Source: Negativicutes bacterium (lineage in GTDB: Bacteria; Bacillota; Negativicutes; UBA1444). Taken from it: a stretch of 64,000 bases of DNA. The stretch lies in the NCBI GenBank assembly GCA_963665275.2, contig CAXXIN010000001.1, positions 64,001 through 128,000 on the forward strand, in the 5' to 3' direction. A program made the translations under genes and the position numbers. The notes under the pieces are model-generated. The model searched no databases. It was not told the origin of the DNA and was given only the letters and a program-made list of their open reading frames with translations. Shown piece after piece: positions 9,664 to 17,456 of the stretch. How positions within the stretch are numbered: the first letter of the stretch is position 1; each line of letters begins with the position of its first letter.

Positions 9664-9675
9664 GGCGATAGGGTA

Positions 9676-9936
9676 ATGCAGGAACATGACAAAATAATTC
9701 AGTTGACTCACATGGAATCAACCTTGCGTGAAGTTGCAAAACGCGTAATATTGACGGCTGATGTGCTAGAACGGTGCAGGACCATAAGCGATCCTGCACC
9801 GGTACTTCTGGCCTGGACTGTTGTGATTGAACGTCAGTCCAAGGAGCTGGAATGCATTGCAAGGGTAATTCGCCAAGAAGCCGACGCGGTGGAGGTGGCG
9901 CATGGACGAAAAGACGGCAGCAGTTCTGTTGCTTGA
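9676..9936 (+). CDS. Hypothetical protein
   Basis: 86-aa helical ORF in the operon. Confidence 0.5.
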   Translation: MQEHDKIIQLTHMESTLREVAKRVILTADVLERCRTISDPAPVLLAWTVVIERQSKELECIARVIRQEADAVEVAHGRKDGSSSVA

Positions 9937-10438
9937 CTATCCTAAGCGATGGGATGCCCTGCAGGAGCGCCGAGCTCAGATTATTGACGCCTATGGTAAC
10001 GGTAACGCCTATCATGGTGGCGGAGGAGACAGTGGCGGTCATAGTGATAATACTTTCAAAAAAGCCTCGCTGCTGGTTAATATGGGCACAGAAGAAGCCA
10101 ACCTTAAGGTGGTGCGCGAATGGCTTTCTATCGGATTGAACCCTCGGGATTCGAGTGGTATTGATAAATTTATGGAGAGGTTATCCATCAGTTCAGCTCG
10201 ATCGGCACAATATCGATCAGAGCGAGAGCGTAAGCCAGAGAGTGAAAGGCATGGTGAATGGGTTGACTCGCTTTGCTGGACGTGCCTGAGACGAACGTGG
10301 TCGTGCCTATGTCAGTATCCGGAAGAAACGCCGCCAGGACTTGAGACAACTGAACCCAATCCGCAATGTGCTGACCGGATTGTGGTTCGGTGTGGTTGGT
10401 ATTGGCACGATAAGGAAGCGGCACAGGTGCGGAAGTAG
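9902..10438 (+). CDS. Protein with RinA/ArpU-like N-terminus and Cys-rich C-terminus
   Basis: LLDYPKRW..LQERRAQII...GGGG..SDNTFKKA resembles the RinA N-terminal region; C-terminus has CWTC..C..C..C; GGAGGTGG RBS. Confidence 0.6.
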   Translation: MDEKTAAVLLLDYPKRWDALQERRAQIIDAYGNGNAYHGGGGDSGGHSDNTFKKASLLVNMGTEEANLKVVREWLSIGLNPRDSSGIDKFMERLSISSARSAQYRSERERKPESERHGEWVDSLCWTCLRRTWSCLCQYPEETPPGLETTEPNPQCADRIVVRCGWYWHDKEAAQVRK

Positions 10439-10471
10439 GAAGAATAATAAGAGTGTAAGGAGGAATGACAT

Positions 10472-10600
10472 ATGAGAACAATTGATGAAATCCAAAAGGA
10501 GATTGATTCCTTAGTTTTTGAACCTGGGGACCCAAAACGAATTCTACCCGCGCAAGATCAGCCTGCAACTCGAACTACTCATAGCACTGCTGCGAAGTAA
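10472..10600 (+). CDS. Small protein (42 aa), possibly frameshifted
   Basis: Strong TAAGGAGG RBS before ATG 10472; reads MRTIDEIQKEIDSLVFEPGDP... Confidence 0.45.
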   Translation: MRTIDEIQKEIDSLVFEPGDPKRILPAQDQPATRTTHSTAAK

Positions 10601-10641
10601 ATAAGAAGATCGTGAAAAATTCCATGCGAACACAGGTGAAA

Positions 10642-10698
10642 ATGGAATCTGAAGACATCGCAGCCGAGCTGAAAGAAGAAAACCTACTGATAAGGTGA
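10642..10698 (+). pseudogene. Truncated N-terminal paralog of 10950..11369
   Basis: MESEDIAAELKEENLLIR* versus MDPGDVATELKEDYLLIS. Confidence 0.55.
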
Positions 10699-10699
10699 A

Positions 10700-10732
10700 T
10701 GAGGCAGCCCTTTTATGCTAAGGGGCTGCCTC
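10700..10732 (+). terminator. Intrinsic terminator-like hairpin
   Basis: tgaggcagccc / gggctgcctca inverted repeat. Confidence 0.65.
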
Positions 10733-10949
10733 AAGTTTCGTGCCGGTAATTCTCGGCATCCATACCCAATCGATCTTCAAATCCGCAAACGCTTGCGTTT
10801 TTGAAACTTCCAAGCGCTTGGAAGTTTGGCATACATAAGGCATGGTGACCAACGTTTCTGCCGAGACCGACAATCCTTCATAACACAGTAGCGGGTTGAT
10901 ATGGTAGGCAATGCTTCAAACAGTCATGAGAAAGAACGGGAGGAAGCAA

Positions 10950-11369
10950 ATGGATCCTGGCGATGTTGCCACGGAATTGAAAGAGGACTATCTACTCATT
11001 TCAAGTTGGCTGATTTACTACAGTGAACGGAAGCGCAACATAGACATAATGCGGATTTCAACGCAAGACAAGAGGTGGATGGAGGTGTTCGAGCTATTGC
11101 ACCATATGCTTGGACCGAAGAAACGTCTATTACTCGAACTCAGGAGACTAGAGGCAGAGCAACCAGCCGCTCGCAGAACACGAGGAAGGCCCGGCTGGAT
11201 GGTATGGGTGCAACGCCATTGGGTCGAAGCCTACGCGAAGCGATACGGTGATTCTGATGGTGAATGCTGGATATCGGACGGGATGGTCAAGAACATGTGG
11301 AGCGAGATTGTGGCTCGATGCGCAATATTGGCAGGAAAGAGAGGGCTGCTGGCGGGGAGAGCCTCCTAG
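10950..11369 (+). CDS. RinA-like late/packaging transcriptional activator
   Basis: LGPKKRLLLELR...W...ISDGMVKNMWSEIVARCAILAGKRGLL resembles the RinA C-terminal HTH; lies directly upstream of the cos-like site; GGGAGG RBS. Confidence 0.6.
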   Translation: MDPGDVATELKEDYLLISSWLIYYSERKRNIDIMRISTQDKRWMEVFELLHHMLGPKKRLLLELRRLEAEQPAARRTRGRPGWMVWVQRHWVEAYAKRYGDSDGECWISDGMVKNMWSEIVARCAILAGKRGLLAGRAS

Positions 11370-11376
11370 AGGGCGC

Positions 11377-11449
11377 GGGTCCTGTGACGCCCTAAAATGC
11401 GGCAAGGGTCGCGAAGCCCCCGACAATTCGCTAGTGATAGAAAATTTTT
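11377..11449 (+). other. Lambda-like cos packaging site (cosQ-cosN-I2 architecture)
   Basis: GGGTCCT (11377) - 43 nt - TTCGCTA (11427) - 6 nt - GAAAATTTT. Lambda, as recalled, has GGGTCCT - 43 nt - TTCGCTA - 5 nt - GAAAATTTT. Confidence 0.7.
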
Positions 11450-11763
11450 GTGCGCTTCGGATTTCGCTTTTTTGGTGTGCGCTTCTGGTGGGCAAAGCCG
11501 CCGAAAATTCAGTATTTAAAGCACTTGAAGGGGGGTAGCGAAAAACAAAACCAACGGCAAAAGTCGGAAGTAAAGCGAAACTGCGAAAAAAGGGGGGGGG
11601 ATGTGTTTGGGGGTATCTTTTGCGAACTCGATAAAATACGGCGCGGTATCGGGGAAAAAAGCAATGTCAAAAATTAATCAGAAAGGGGCTAAAGATAATG
11701 AACATGCAAAGCGGCGAGGCAATGACAAAAAAAGAAAACGCTAATAATACGGAGGGTAAACCA

Positions 11764-12498
11764 ATGACCGAAAACAGTATGGAAAAGGCCCGGAAAAAGC
11801 TAAATAATGCCTATGCGATGGAATTAGAACAGGCGGCAATCGTCGCAAGTCTAAAGGGTAAAATTAAGGCCGCAGAGGGCGCGACCGTCGAAATCGGCGA
11901 TGACATTGATCTTGTGGCCATTCGGCAGAGAATATCGGAAACGCAGAAAAAACACCAAAACTTGACCGGCGAATTGGCAGCGGCTGAAATGGTGCTGGTG
12001 TCGATTCAAAAACAACGAATCAATGCTTTGATGGCGGTTTATGCGGCGGAACACGAAATCAGACAGGAAGAACGGTCACTATTGATAAAAGAGCGAGCGG
12101 GATTGCAGTCTGAGATAACCAGCCTTCGCGCAAAACTAGAAGTCATTGAAGGAAAGGGTAGACTTCTTGACCGTACATTAGACAGCATGAACCGAGCCGA
12201 GGAAACAGTTGCCGGGAAATGCGCAGCGGCAAGGCTGGCGGGGTATGAAGAATCATTACTGAGGTGTCGTGATCGACAAAAATTTCACGACATAATGGAA
12301 AGCGGCCAGGGCGGCACATACGTAACGATTGACGAGCGCGGCGAATTTATCGAACCGCAACAAACAAGCCGCGACGTTGACCAATGGGGCTATCAAAAGC
12401 CGGTGGCTACGGTTCAGTATAGCGAGCCTAGGCCTATAGAAAATAGGGTTGAAACCCCAAAACGAGAAGTATTTACGGTCGTCCCCATGCAGGCATAA
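11764..12498 (+). CDS. Coiled-coil hypothetical protein
   Basis: GGAGG RBS before ATG 11764; heptad-rich E/K/R/L/A sequence; followed by a terminator. Confidence 0.7.
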   Translation: MTENSMEKARKKLNNAYAMELEQAAIVASLKGKIKAAEGATVEIGDDIDLVAIRQRISETQKKHQNLTGELAAAEMVLVSIQKQRINALMAVYAAEHEIRQEERSLLIKERAGLQSEITSLRAKLEVIEGKGRLLDRTLDSMNRAEETVAGKCAAARLAGYEESLLRCRDRQKFHDIMESGQGGTYVTIDERGEFIEPQQTSRDVDQWGYQKPVATVQYSEPRPIENRVETPKREVFTVVPMQA

Positions 12499-12514
12499 CG
12501 CCGGAAAAGAGGAG

Positions 12515-12551
12515 AACCCCGCGCCGCAAGCTTTTCTTGCGGCGCGGGGTT
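12515..12551. terminator. Terminator hairpin between convergent genes
   Basis: aaccccgcgccgcaag / cttgcggcgcggggtt perfect stem. Confidence 0.8.
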
Positions 12552-12644
12552 TGGATAAAAAGAACCTATCAGTATTATATCATGTTAAATTGCTATGGGC
12601 TATTTAAAAAAACGGCCAATAAGGAGCGGTGGAGACAGCTCGAT

Positions 12645-13043
12645 TTATACTCTCAGTCGTTTTTTCAAGGCGGTTTGCAATATGTTGGAAAAGTTGACCC
12701 CCTCACGTTCGGCCATGGTGTTCAACCATTGAGGGATCGTCAGAGTTTTCTTCACAGCCCGGTTATCGTGCTTCTGTTTATAGGCCAGCATATCCATATC
12801 GACCAGGGCGATGAAGCTGCTGCCCTCCGAGCGTAGTCCGGAAGGATCAGAGGCAGCAGGAAATTCCTTCCCGTCTGCTTCCAGTTCGGTCAAATAAATA
12901 CCTATGGCGTCCCGTGTCATTTCAAAAGCCTCTTCCAGGGTATCACCTTCCGTAATGCAGCCGGGAAGATCAGGAACGGTTACAGAGTAGCCACCGACTG
13001 CTTCCGCTTCGAATATGGCCGGATATACAAACTTTGTTTTCAT
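12645..13043 (-). CDS. hicB: HicB family antitoxin
   Basis: YPAIFE...YSVTVPDLPGCITEGDTLEEA...VKKTLTIPQWLN...VNFS. Confidence 0.93.
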   Translation of the reverse strand: MKTKFVYPAIFEAEAVGGYSVTVPDLPGCITEGDTLEEAFEMTRDAIGIYLTELEADGKEFPAASDPSGLRSEGSSFIALVDMDMLAYKQKHDNRAVKKTLTIPQWLNTMAEREGVNFSNILQTALKKRLRV

Positions 13044-13045
13044 AA

Positions 13046-13252
13046 CTATTCCTCCTTCGGCAGCTGGACCGGCTTCAATCCGGCTTGCTTCATAATCTGG
13101 TTAAAGGTTCCCGGCTTCAGGTCTTTGTTATGGAGAGGAACAACCAGCATACCTGGCTTATCCGTGTGCTTCATGATATGGTGCGATCCATCGATTCGCG
13201 CCACCCGCCATCCATCTTTTTCAAGGATCCTGATCAGGTCTTTGGGCTTCAC
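13046..13252 (-). CDS. hicA: HicA family mRNA interferase toxin
   Basis: LEKDGW...GSHHIMKH...VVPLHNKDLKPGT...IMKQAGL. Confidence 0.93.
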   Translation of the reverse strand: MKPKDLIRILEKDGWRVARIDGSHHIMKHTDKPGMLVVPLHNKDLKPGTFNQIMKQAGLKPVQLPKEE

Positions 13253-13278
13253 GTTATCCCCTCCAAGTGATTACATTA

Positions 13279-13300
13279 TAACACGTGTTAATACGTGCGT
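13279..13300. promoter_or_regulatory. Putative HicB operator
   Basis: Perfect palindrome TAACACGTGTTA overlapping a second ACGTG repeat upstream of hicA. Confidence 0.5.
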
Positions 13301-13388
13301 AAATAATAAAACACATTAGCTTTGCATCTCCTCTATTGATGCAGGAGAGCAAAAAGAAGCCGCCATCTTTGGCGGCGGTACTACTTAT

Positions 13389-13607
13389 CTATCGCCTATT
13401 AAACAGGGAGAGCAATATATCCAAGATGGCTTGAGCGCCGAACCAAACAATGATAGCGGAAAAGACATAGCTGGCTGTTACAGAATACTTGGCAAGGCTT
13501 GCGGGAACAATCACAGGCGCGAGATAGCCCCAAATGACGATAGAGGCCAAATATAATCCGTAACCAATGACGGCAAGGAGTATCCACCTAAATAATGTGC
13601 CGAACAT
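13389..13607 (-). CDS. Small two-TM membrane protein
   Basis: AGGAGGG RBS; 72 aa with two hydrophobic helices; downstream of the Xre gene. Confidence 0.7.
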   Translation of the reverse strand: MFGTLFRWILLAVIGYGLYLASIVIWGYLAPVIVPASLAKYSVTASYVFSAIIVWFGAQAILDILLSLFNRR

Positions 13608-13662
13608 CTTATTCCCTCCTGTGTTTTCTGGGTTGAAATAATAAATACGATCGAGAAGCCTG

Positions 13663-13875
13663 TTAAACTTTCTCTTCTGGAATATACTCCATGAGGTCAC
13701 TGGGTTGACAGTTAAAATACTGGCACAAACGATGAACAACTTCCAGGGAAACATATTCACCTTTACCCATTTTAGCTATCGTTGATGGCGACAGGCTGAG
13801 CTCGATTCTTAATTTCTCTTTCGTTATCCCTTTATCAATGAGCATTTTCCATAAAGGATTGAATGAAAACGGCAT
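13663..13875 (-). CDS. Xre/Cro-C1 (HTH_26-type) repressor
   Basis: FNPLWKMLIDKGITKEKLR..LSLSPSTIAKMGKGEYVSLEV..RLC.YFNCQPSDLMEY. Confidence 0.9.
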   Translation of the reverse strand: MPFSFNPLWKMLIDKGITKEKLRIELSLSPSTIAKMGKGEYVSLEVVHRLCQYFNCQPSDLMEYIPEEKV

Positions 13876-13900
13876 AGGATACACCTCCCTTCTTCTACAT

Positions 13901-13978
13901 ATAATAGTATAAAATATTCAATATGTCAAAGAAAAACTATGCAAACACATTGACGAAACCTTTGACAAGTTGTAGAAT
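13901..13978. promoter_or_regulatory. Divergent sigma-A promoters of the second switch
   Basis: Rightward TTGACG-N17-TAGAAT (13950-13978); leftward TTGACA-N17-TATTAT (13929-13901). Confidence 0.65.
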
Positions 13979-14300
13979 AAATCTAGAAATGCGGAGATAG
14001 TTGGCGAAGATGCTTTGACCCATGTTAAATAATACCCCCCCCACAACCGCAAACATTTTGGTAAGCGAAGGATACGAATCGACACCACGCCTGCATTCTT
14101 ACAAGGGCCGCCGTCAGATCAGAACAATTTGTCAAAGTTGTAGTTGGTTTTCCAGGAACTCTCTCGGCGGTGTTATTGTAAGATTAAGGATAATTACGTA
14201 TTGAAAAGGGGTGGCTTATTGGTGACAACACAGAACAGAGCAGGGCCATAGACCGGCTTCATACGATCAAAAAGGAAATGAATGAAAGGAGAGGCCCATC

Positions 14301-14495
14301 ATGAAAAAACCAATCGTCATACCCCATTACGAAGACCAGGACATTCTCTCAGCCGTTGAGGCGGCGCAGTACATGAAGGTTTCAAAAGACACCGTTTACA
14401 CCCTCGTTGCCGAAAATAAAATTCCGCACCGCTATGTTGGTCGGCAGGTCAGGTTCCCGTTCTGGTTGCTCAAGGCCTGGATGGAAGGGGATTAG
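14301..14495 (+). CDS. Excisionase-family HTH protein
   Basis: LSAVEAAQYMKVSKDTVYTLV..NKIPHRYVGRQVRF. Confidence 0.85.
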   Translation: MKKPIVIPHYEDQDILSAVEAAQYMKVSKDTVYTLVAENKIPHRYVGRQVRFPFWLLKAWMEGD

Positions 14496-14637
14496 GTGTT
14501 CACCGATGGCGTACAAAGAAACTGTTGAATCTTCAGTGGCGCAGAGACAATAGGCCTCATTGTGAAAATCGGCGCCACCACTTTCGGTCAGAGATCCGAG
14601 CGATCAACGAGATTTGACTTGGGAAGGAGCAATAACC

Positions 14638-14808
14638 ATGGCAGTTTATAGAGGAGAAATCATCTGGGTCGAAGAGTTTGGCACGAAACCGCGAAGCGAG
14701 GTTTTCGCCAAGCTCATGAAGATACTGGAAGACGGCTATGCAAAGCAGTTGTTGGAGAAAGACGCGAAAAGGGCAGCAGAAGAAGCGGCGCGAGAATCGA
14801 TTACCTAA
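14638..14808 (+). CDS. Hypothetical protein
   Basis: AAGGAG RBS; followed by a hairpin at 14820-14847. Confidence 0.6.
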   Translation: MAVYRGEIIWVEEFGTKPRSEVFAKLMKILEDGYAKQLLEKDAKRAAEEAARESIT

Positions 14809-14937
14809 AACTAGAAAAGCCCGGCCCCTGTTTTAACAGGGGCCGGGTCAATCGATCAAAGCAGAATTGAATGAAACTGATATGTATATTTTGATTGTAA
14901 TAGAGATATCGGGTGAAAAGAAAGGGGATATATTTTT

Positions 14938-15198
14938 ATGATCGACTGGCAGGAAATTGAAGCACTGGGCACGGAAGCGGAGCAGCTCGCCACGATGGCG
15001 CAAACGGTAGAGGATGCCATAGCGTATGGGCCTTTTACCGAAAAGACTTATCACGGGGCATTGTCCCTGCTCACAGCGCTTATACACCAACATGCGCAAA
15101 AAATTAATGTGGTATTGCATGCAGAATTGAATGAACTGAAATCGAAAAAGAAAGAAAGGCCGTCAATGGTACGGGATACCGCGGCAGCCTCGCAATAA
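14938..15198 (+). CDS. Hypothetical protein
   Basis: 86 aa; AAGGGG RBS. Confidence 0.6.
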   Translation: MIDWQEIEALGTEAEQLATMAQTVEDAIAYGPFTEKTYHGALSLLTALIHQHAQKINVVLHAELNELKSKKKERPSMVRDTAAASQ

Positions 15199-15257
15199 TA
15201 AATATAGTATGGGCGGCTGCTGTCATGCGCCCCCACCATTTTGAAAGGGAGATTATT

Positions 15258-15890
15258 GTGAAACTGATTTGTACGACGGTAGAACCTATCCAATTCAAGG
15301 TTGAGTTTGACTTTGCTACGCATTACCTTCAGGGATTTATTAGGAATCTGCAGCAATTCATTGGTTCCGGCAATATAGACCGCGACGCATTGAAGCGATC
15401 GGTGTTCTATGGCGTGAAGTATGTCGCAGGCAATATAAAAGCCAACAACTCGCAACGAATGCTGGGCCTTGTCACTGGCGTGAAAGTGGCAATTGCGGAG
15501 CTTACACCTGCCGAATTGATTACCATATTCCCCATAACAAAGACATACGATGGGGATCGGACGAAAAGCAAGGATTACTTCTATTCGATAGACCGGCTGA
15601 AGAAACACGGCCTGCAGACCATCATCGGCGATGCGGTGGATGATTTGCTATGGGATATTAGGAATTTGGATCTTGAGCTTTTCACGGTTCGTTGCATGAC
15701 ATTGGTCGACGAGTTGCGCCGGATGGAAGGGAAGCCGGGAATAATTGAGGAATTCTACGGCATTCAACCAAAGTATCTGTGCAAGGATGAGCGCGGCAAA
15801 GAGTTTATGTTTGATCCTGCGACGGGCAAAACCGCAAAGGTGAAAGCGAAGATACGTTTGCACATTGTTGCAAAAAAAGGAAATCATTAA
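15258..15890 (+). CDS. Conserved hypothetical phage protein
   Basis: TPAELITIFPITKTYDG...KDYFY motif recalled from Bacillota prophage proteins; AAGGGAG RBS before GTG. Confidence 0.65.
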   Translation: MKLICTTVEPIQFKVEFDFATHYLQGFIRNLQQFIGSGNIDRDALKRSVFYGVKYVAGNIKANNSQRMLGLVTGVKVAIAELTPAELITIFPITKTYDGDRTKSKDYFYSIDRLKKHGLQTIIGDAVDDLLWDIRNLDLELFTVRCMTLVDELRRMEGKPGIIEEFYGIQPKYLCKDERGKEFMFDPATGKTAKVKAKIRLHIVAKKGNH

Positions 15891-16055
15891 ACGAATACTC
15901 TCCATCAGTGGTGAGTATTCGTACTACACGCCGAGTAATCGCTTTGCAACTTCCTGCAAAATGCTTCGCAGGATGAATTCCAAGTTGAGAAAAACACAGT
16001 GCTGGGGGAAACGAAGAGGAGAAATGGCATAGGATCAAAACAGGAGGTGAATTTG

Positions 16056-17261
16056 ATGGCAAAGCAAAAACCGAAACCCGAAGGACCAGAAACACGAAGA
16101 GGGCATGGTGAAGGAAGTTGGTTGTATCTTGATGATCTGGACAAATGGCAGTTCAGGGTATCAGCCAAAACACCGGATGGTATCACAAAACGGTTTGCAG
16201 TGACAGCATCTACTAAAGGCGAATGCAGGGAGCTTGCTAAGACCCGGACGGAGCAGATCGAAAAAGGGATCGGGTTGAACATTGATACGAAGAATATCAC
16301 AGTTACAGAGTACTTGGAACGTTGGATTGTCGACTACTCAGACCCAGATACTTCTGCATCAACCAAGAGAATATACCGGTCGGTGATTAAGAATCAACTA
16401 GCAGGGGCGATTGGCGCAATTCCCTTGAAAAAGCTGCAGCGAGCTGCATGCCAAAGACACTTCAACAATTTGGCCAAGAGTGGATTGGCTTCAGCGACAG
16501 TTTCATTGGCGCATACGGTACTGCGTGCAGCGTTGAAGCAGGCTGTAAGGGACAGGATCATTGCGGAAAACCCAGCAAGTGAACTGAAGCTGGCACAGAT
16601 TAAAAACGCGCCCAGGATGGCCTACGCATCGGAAGAGGTTTCCAAGATTCTGAAGCTGGCAGAGAATCATGAATTGCGTATCGGCTTTCATCTTCTCTTT
16701 GGGCTTGCTCTACGCGAAGGCGAGATGTTAGGCCTGAAATGGAAAAGGGTTGAACTTCCGGAAGCACAGCGCGATCAGAATGGCCAGATGGAAGGAAAAG
16801 TTCATATCGTAGAGCAGTTGAACAGAAATAAGGGCGAAACCTACGCTTCCCTAAAAACGGAGGAATCTGAACGGACCTTGCCAATATCGCCAGCGCTGGT
16901 CATTGAGCTACGAGCACAGATGCTTCGTCAAAAAGCAACGCTGTTAAAAGCCGGCATAGCCTGGAACGAAGATTTCCCTGTATTATCTGATGCGATTGGC
17001 GGACCGGTCAGGCATACGATTTTTTTGGCAGCATACAAGGAAGTTATGCAAGCTGCTGGTCTGAAAACTACCGGGACGCATGACGCCAGACACACACGAT
17101 TAACTATGTTGGCCAATAGCGGGATGGACCCCAAAACCCTGTCGAGATTCGCAGGGCATGCCGATGTCGCTTTCACACTGAATGTATATGTAACACCATC
17201 GGACGAGAAGGCTGCTGCGGCGGTCAATCAATTGGATCAAGTCATTTATAAGGCAAAATAA
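16056..17261 (+). CDS. int: Tyrosine recombinase / phage integrase
   Basis: N-terminal RRGHGEGS arm-binding region; catalytic R (LREGE), HxxR (HDARHT), H (GHAD) and Y (NVYV); AGGAGGTG RBS. Confidence 0.95.
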   Translation: MAKQKPKPEGPETRRGHGEGSWLYLDDLDKWQFRVSAKTPDGITKRFAVTASTKGECRELAKTRTEQIEKGIGLNIDTKNITVTEYLERWIVDYSDPDTSASTKRIYRSVIKNQLAGAIGAIPLKKLQRAACQRHFNNLAKSGLASATVSLAHTVLRAALKQAVRDRIIAENPASELKLAQIKNAPRMAYASEEVSKILKLAENHELRIGFHLLFGLALREGEMLGLKWKRVELPEAQRDQNGQMEGKVHIVEQLNRNKGETYASLKTEESERTLPISPALVIELRAQMLRQKATLLKAGIAWNEDFPVLSDAIGGPVRHTIFLAAYKEVMQAAGLKTTGTHDARHTRLTMLANSGMDPKTLSRFAGHADVAFTLNVYVTPSDEKAAAAVNQLDQVIYKAK

Positions 17262-17286
17262 AATCGTTTTGGTAATCGTTTTGGTA
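17262..17286 (+). repeat. Tandem 12-bp repeat; putative integrase arm-type sites at the attachment end
   Basis: AATCGTTTTGGT x2 immediately after the integrase stop codon. Confidence 0.6.
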
Positions 17287-17333
17287 GTTTGAAAACACAG
17301 GCACGCGCAAAGCCTATAATATAAAGCCTCAAT

Positions 17334-17361
17334 TGTTATGGAAATGTTAAGGTTGGGTTAA
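17334..17361. promoter_or_regulatory. Pho-box-like triad upstream of pstS
   Basis: TGTTAT / TGTTAA / GGTTAA at 17334, 17345 and 17356 (11-bp period; reverse complement of PhoP-type TTAACA). Confidence 0.65.
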
Positions 17362-17456
17362 CATCATTCCGGAAGCATTGCGACCGCGCTGGTGATTCGT
17401 TATTATGAAAACAGGGAAAATAAATTTGCGAACATATGATGGGAGGAAGAATTCAA

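Larger units (their letters stand above)
1..17290. mobile_element. Integrated phage-satellite-like (PICI-like) or defective-prophage element; left end outside the window
   Basis: Contains tyrosine integrase, two excisionase-type HTHs, Cro/Xre HTHs, initiator plus primase-helicase, tape-measure-like gene, cos-like site and HicAB. Integrase is followed by a tandem repeat and then host pstS. Confidence 0.85.

Noticed and set aside
11592-11600. G9 tract as a phase-variation switch
   Set aside because: It is not within a supported CDS or between identifiable -35/-10 boxes; there is no evidence without read data.
1-17290. Complete prophage or conjugative element
   Set aside because: No capsid, terminase, portal, lysis, relaxase or T4SS genes are recognisable in the visible part.
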